DNA of 64,000 nt from Entomortierella parvispora E1425. Taxonomy: Eukaryota; Fungi; Mortierellomycota. The translations under genes were made by a program, and so were the position numbers. This document shows positions 63,419-64,000 of this stretch, in pieces. The stretch spans positions 1,736,001 through 1,800,000 of the forward strand of contig BQFW01000006.1 in NCBI GenBank assembly GCA_020891255.1, in the 5' to 3' direction. Position 1 is the stretch's first letter. Each line of letters opens with the position of its first letter. The notes under the pieces are model-generated. The model was not told where the DNA came from. It worked only from the letters and a program-made list of their open reading frames with translations, and did no database searches.

Positions 63419-63487
63419 CGTTCTCCGTTGCGACCCCTTCCTTGCCGTGACCAGACCTGACCTGACCAGACCAGACCAGACCTGACC
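63375..63487. repeat. Compound microsatellite (CCTG)10 followed by (GACCA/GACCT)n pentamers
   Basis: Directly visible tandem units at 63375-63417 and 63449-63487. Confidence 0.95.
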
Positions 63488-63727
63488 TCGCCTCGTCAAC
63501 ACACAGCAAAAAGAAACCTGCCAGTTCTATTTTCTTCTTTTCCTTTTCCACTTCCTTCCTTCCTTCTCTTCTCTTTCCCCCCTGACCTCCCGCCTTTTTC
63601 TCTTTCTTTCTCTCTTTCTTTCTTCTCTCTCGCTCGTTCTTTTTCCTCTTCTCCCTTTCTATCCATCCTCCCTTCTATCCTCCCTTCCCTTCCCTTCCTC
63701 CCCTCCGTTCACATTCACATTCTCACC

Positions 63728-64000
63728 ATGCGCTTCTCTCTCTCTGCATCCGTCGCCGCCTTTGTCGCCCTCGCCTCTGTCACCCACGCCCAGGAACCCG
63801 CATGCTCCGCTATCCTTACCGACTACACCCCCGGTGTCTCTGGCGCTTACCAAAAGTGCTTCACTGACCAGGTCTACAACACCGCCCTCGCTGCCCAGAC
63901 CACCCCCGACTACAAGGACCTCATCACCAGCGTCTGCTCCAAGACCGCCTGCTCGCAGTCGACCCTCGCCTCCGCCGAGTCAAAGTACATTGCCGCCTGC
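63728..64000 (+). CDS. Secreted Cys-containing protein, runs off the window end (absent from the ORF track)
   Basis: ATG after CACC; MRFSLSASVAAFVALASVTHA signal peptide, then QEPACSAILTDY...KCFTDQ...SVCSKTACSQSTLASAESKYIAAC open to the end; strong C-ending codon bias; CT-rich leader. Confidence 0.85.
   Translation, partial: MRFSLSASVAAFVALASVTHAQEPACSAILTDYTPGVSGAYQKCFTDQVYNTALAAQTTPDYKDLITSVCSKTACSQSTLASAESKYIAAC

Noticed and set aside
1-64000. tRNA, rRNA, snRNA, CRISPR array, transposase or reverse transcriptase, and a biosynthetic or mating-type cluster
   Set aside because: No T-loop/cloverleaf, snRNA signature, repeat-spacer array or TE domain recognised by eye. Neighbouring genes are functionally unrelated housekeeping or signalling genes, and there is no HMG gene beside the helicase.

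Overview
Eukaryotic, intron-rich fungal DNA: GT-AG introns mostly 70-200 nt with CTRAY-like branch points, CT-rich 5' leaders, many microsatellites and poly-A/T runs. Gene content and style suggest an early-diverging fungus, probably Mortierellaceae (inference). I can support about 18 spliced or partial protein-coding genes: TM-RGS protein (5' truncated), F-box protein, KEX1-like carboxypeptidase, RRP9, IDH2, POLD4, a C2H2 transcription factor, a Pcl-type cyclin, a low-complexity RRM protein, a TGL3/5-like patatin lipase, a CCCH-ZNFX1-like helicase, a PTGR-like oxidoreductase, a TM-RING E3 ligase, a PNPOx-like gene, DUG2, hexokinase, a RhoGEF and a secreted Cys-rich protein (3' truncated). There are also two damaged loci: a collapsed class C GPCR pseudogene and a frameshifted tandem PNPOx-like copy. 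I found no tRNA, rRNA, CRISPR array or intact transposon, and no convincing novel multi-gene system. The best leads are the frameshifted PNPOx paralog (indel versus -1 recoding), the GPCR relic, the patatin lipase lacking its catalytic Asp motif, the CCCH-fused ZNFX1 helicase and an intergenic double hairpin near 29.9 kb. All exon boundaries were read by eye and no searches were run.
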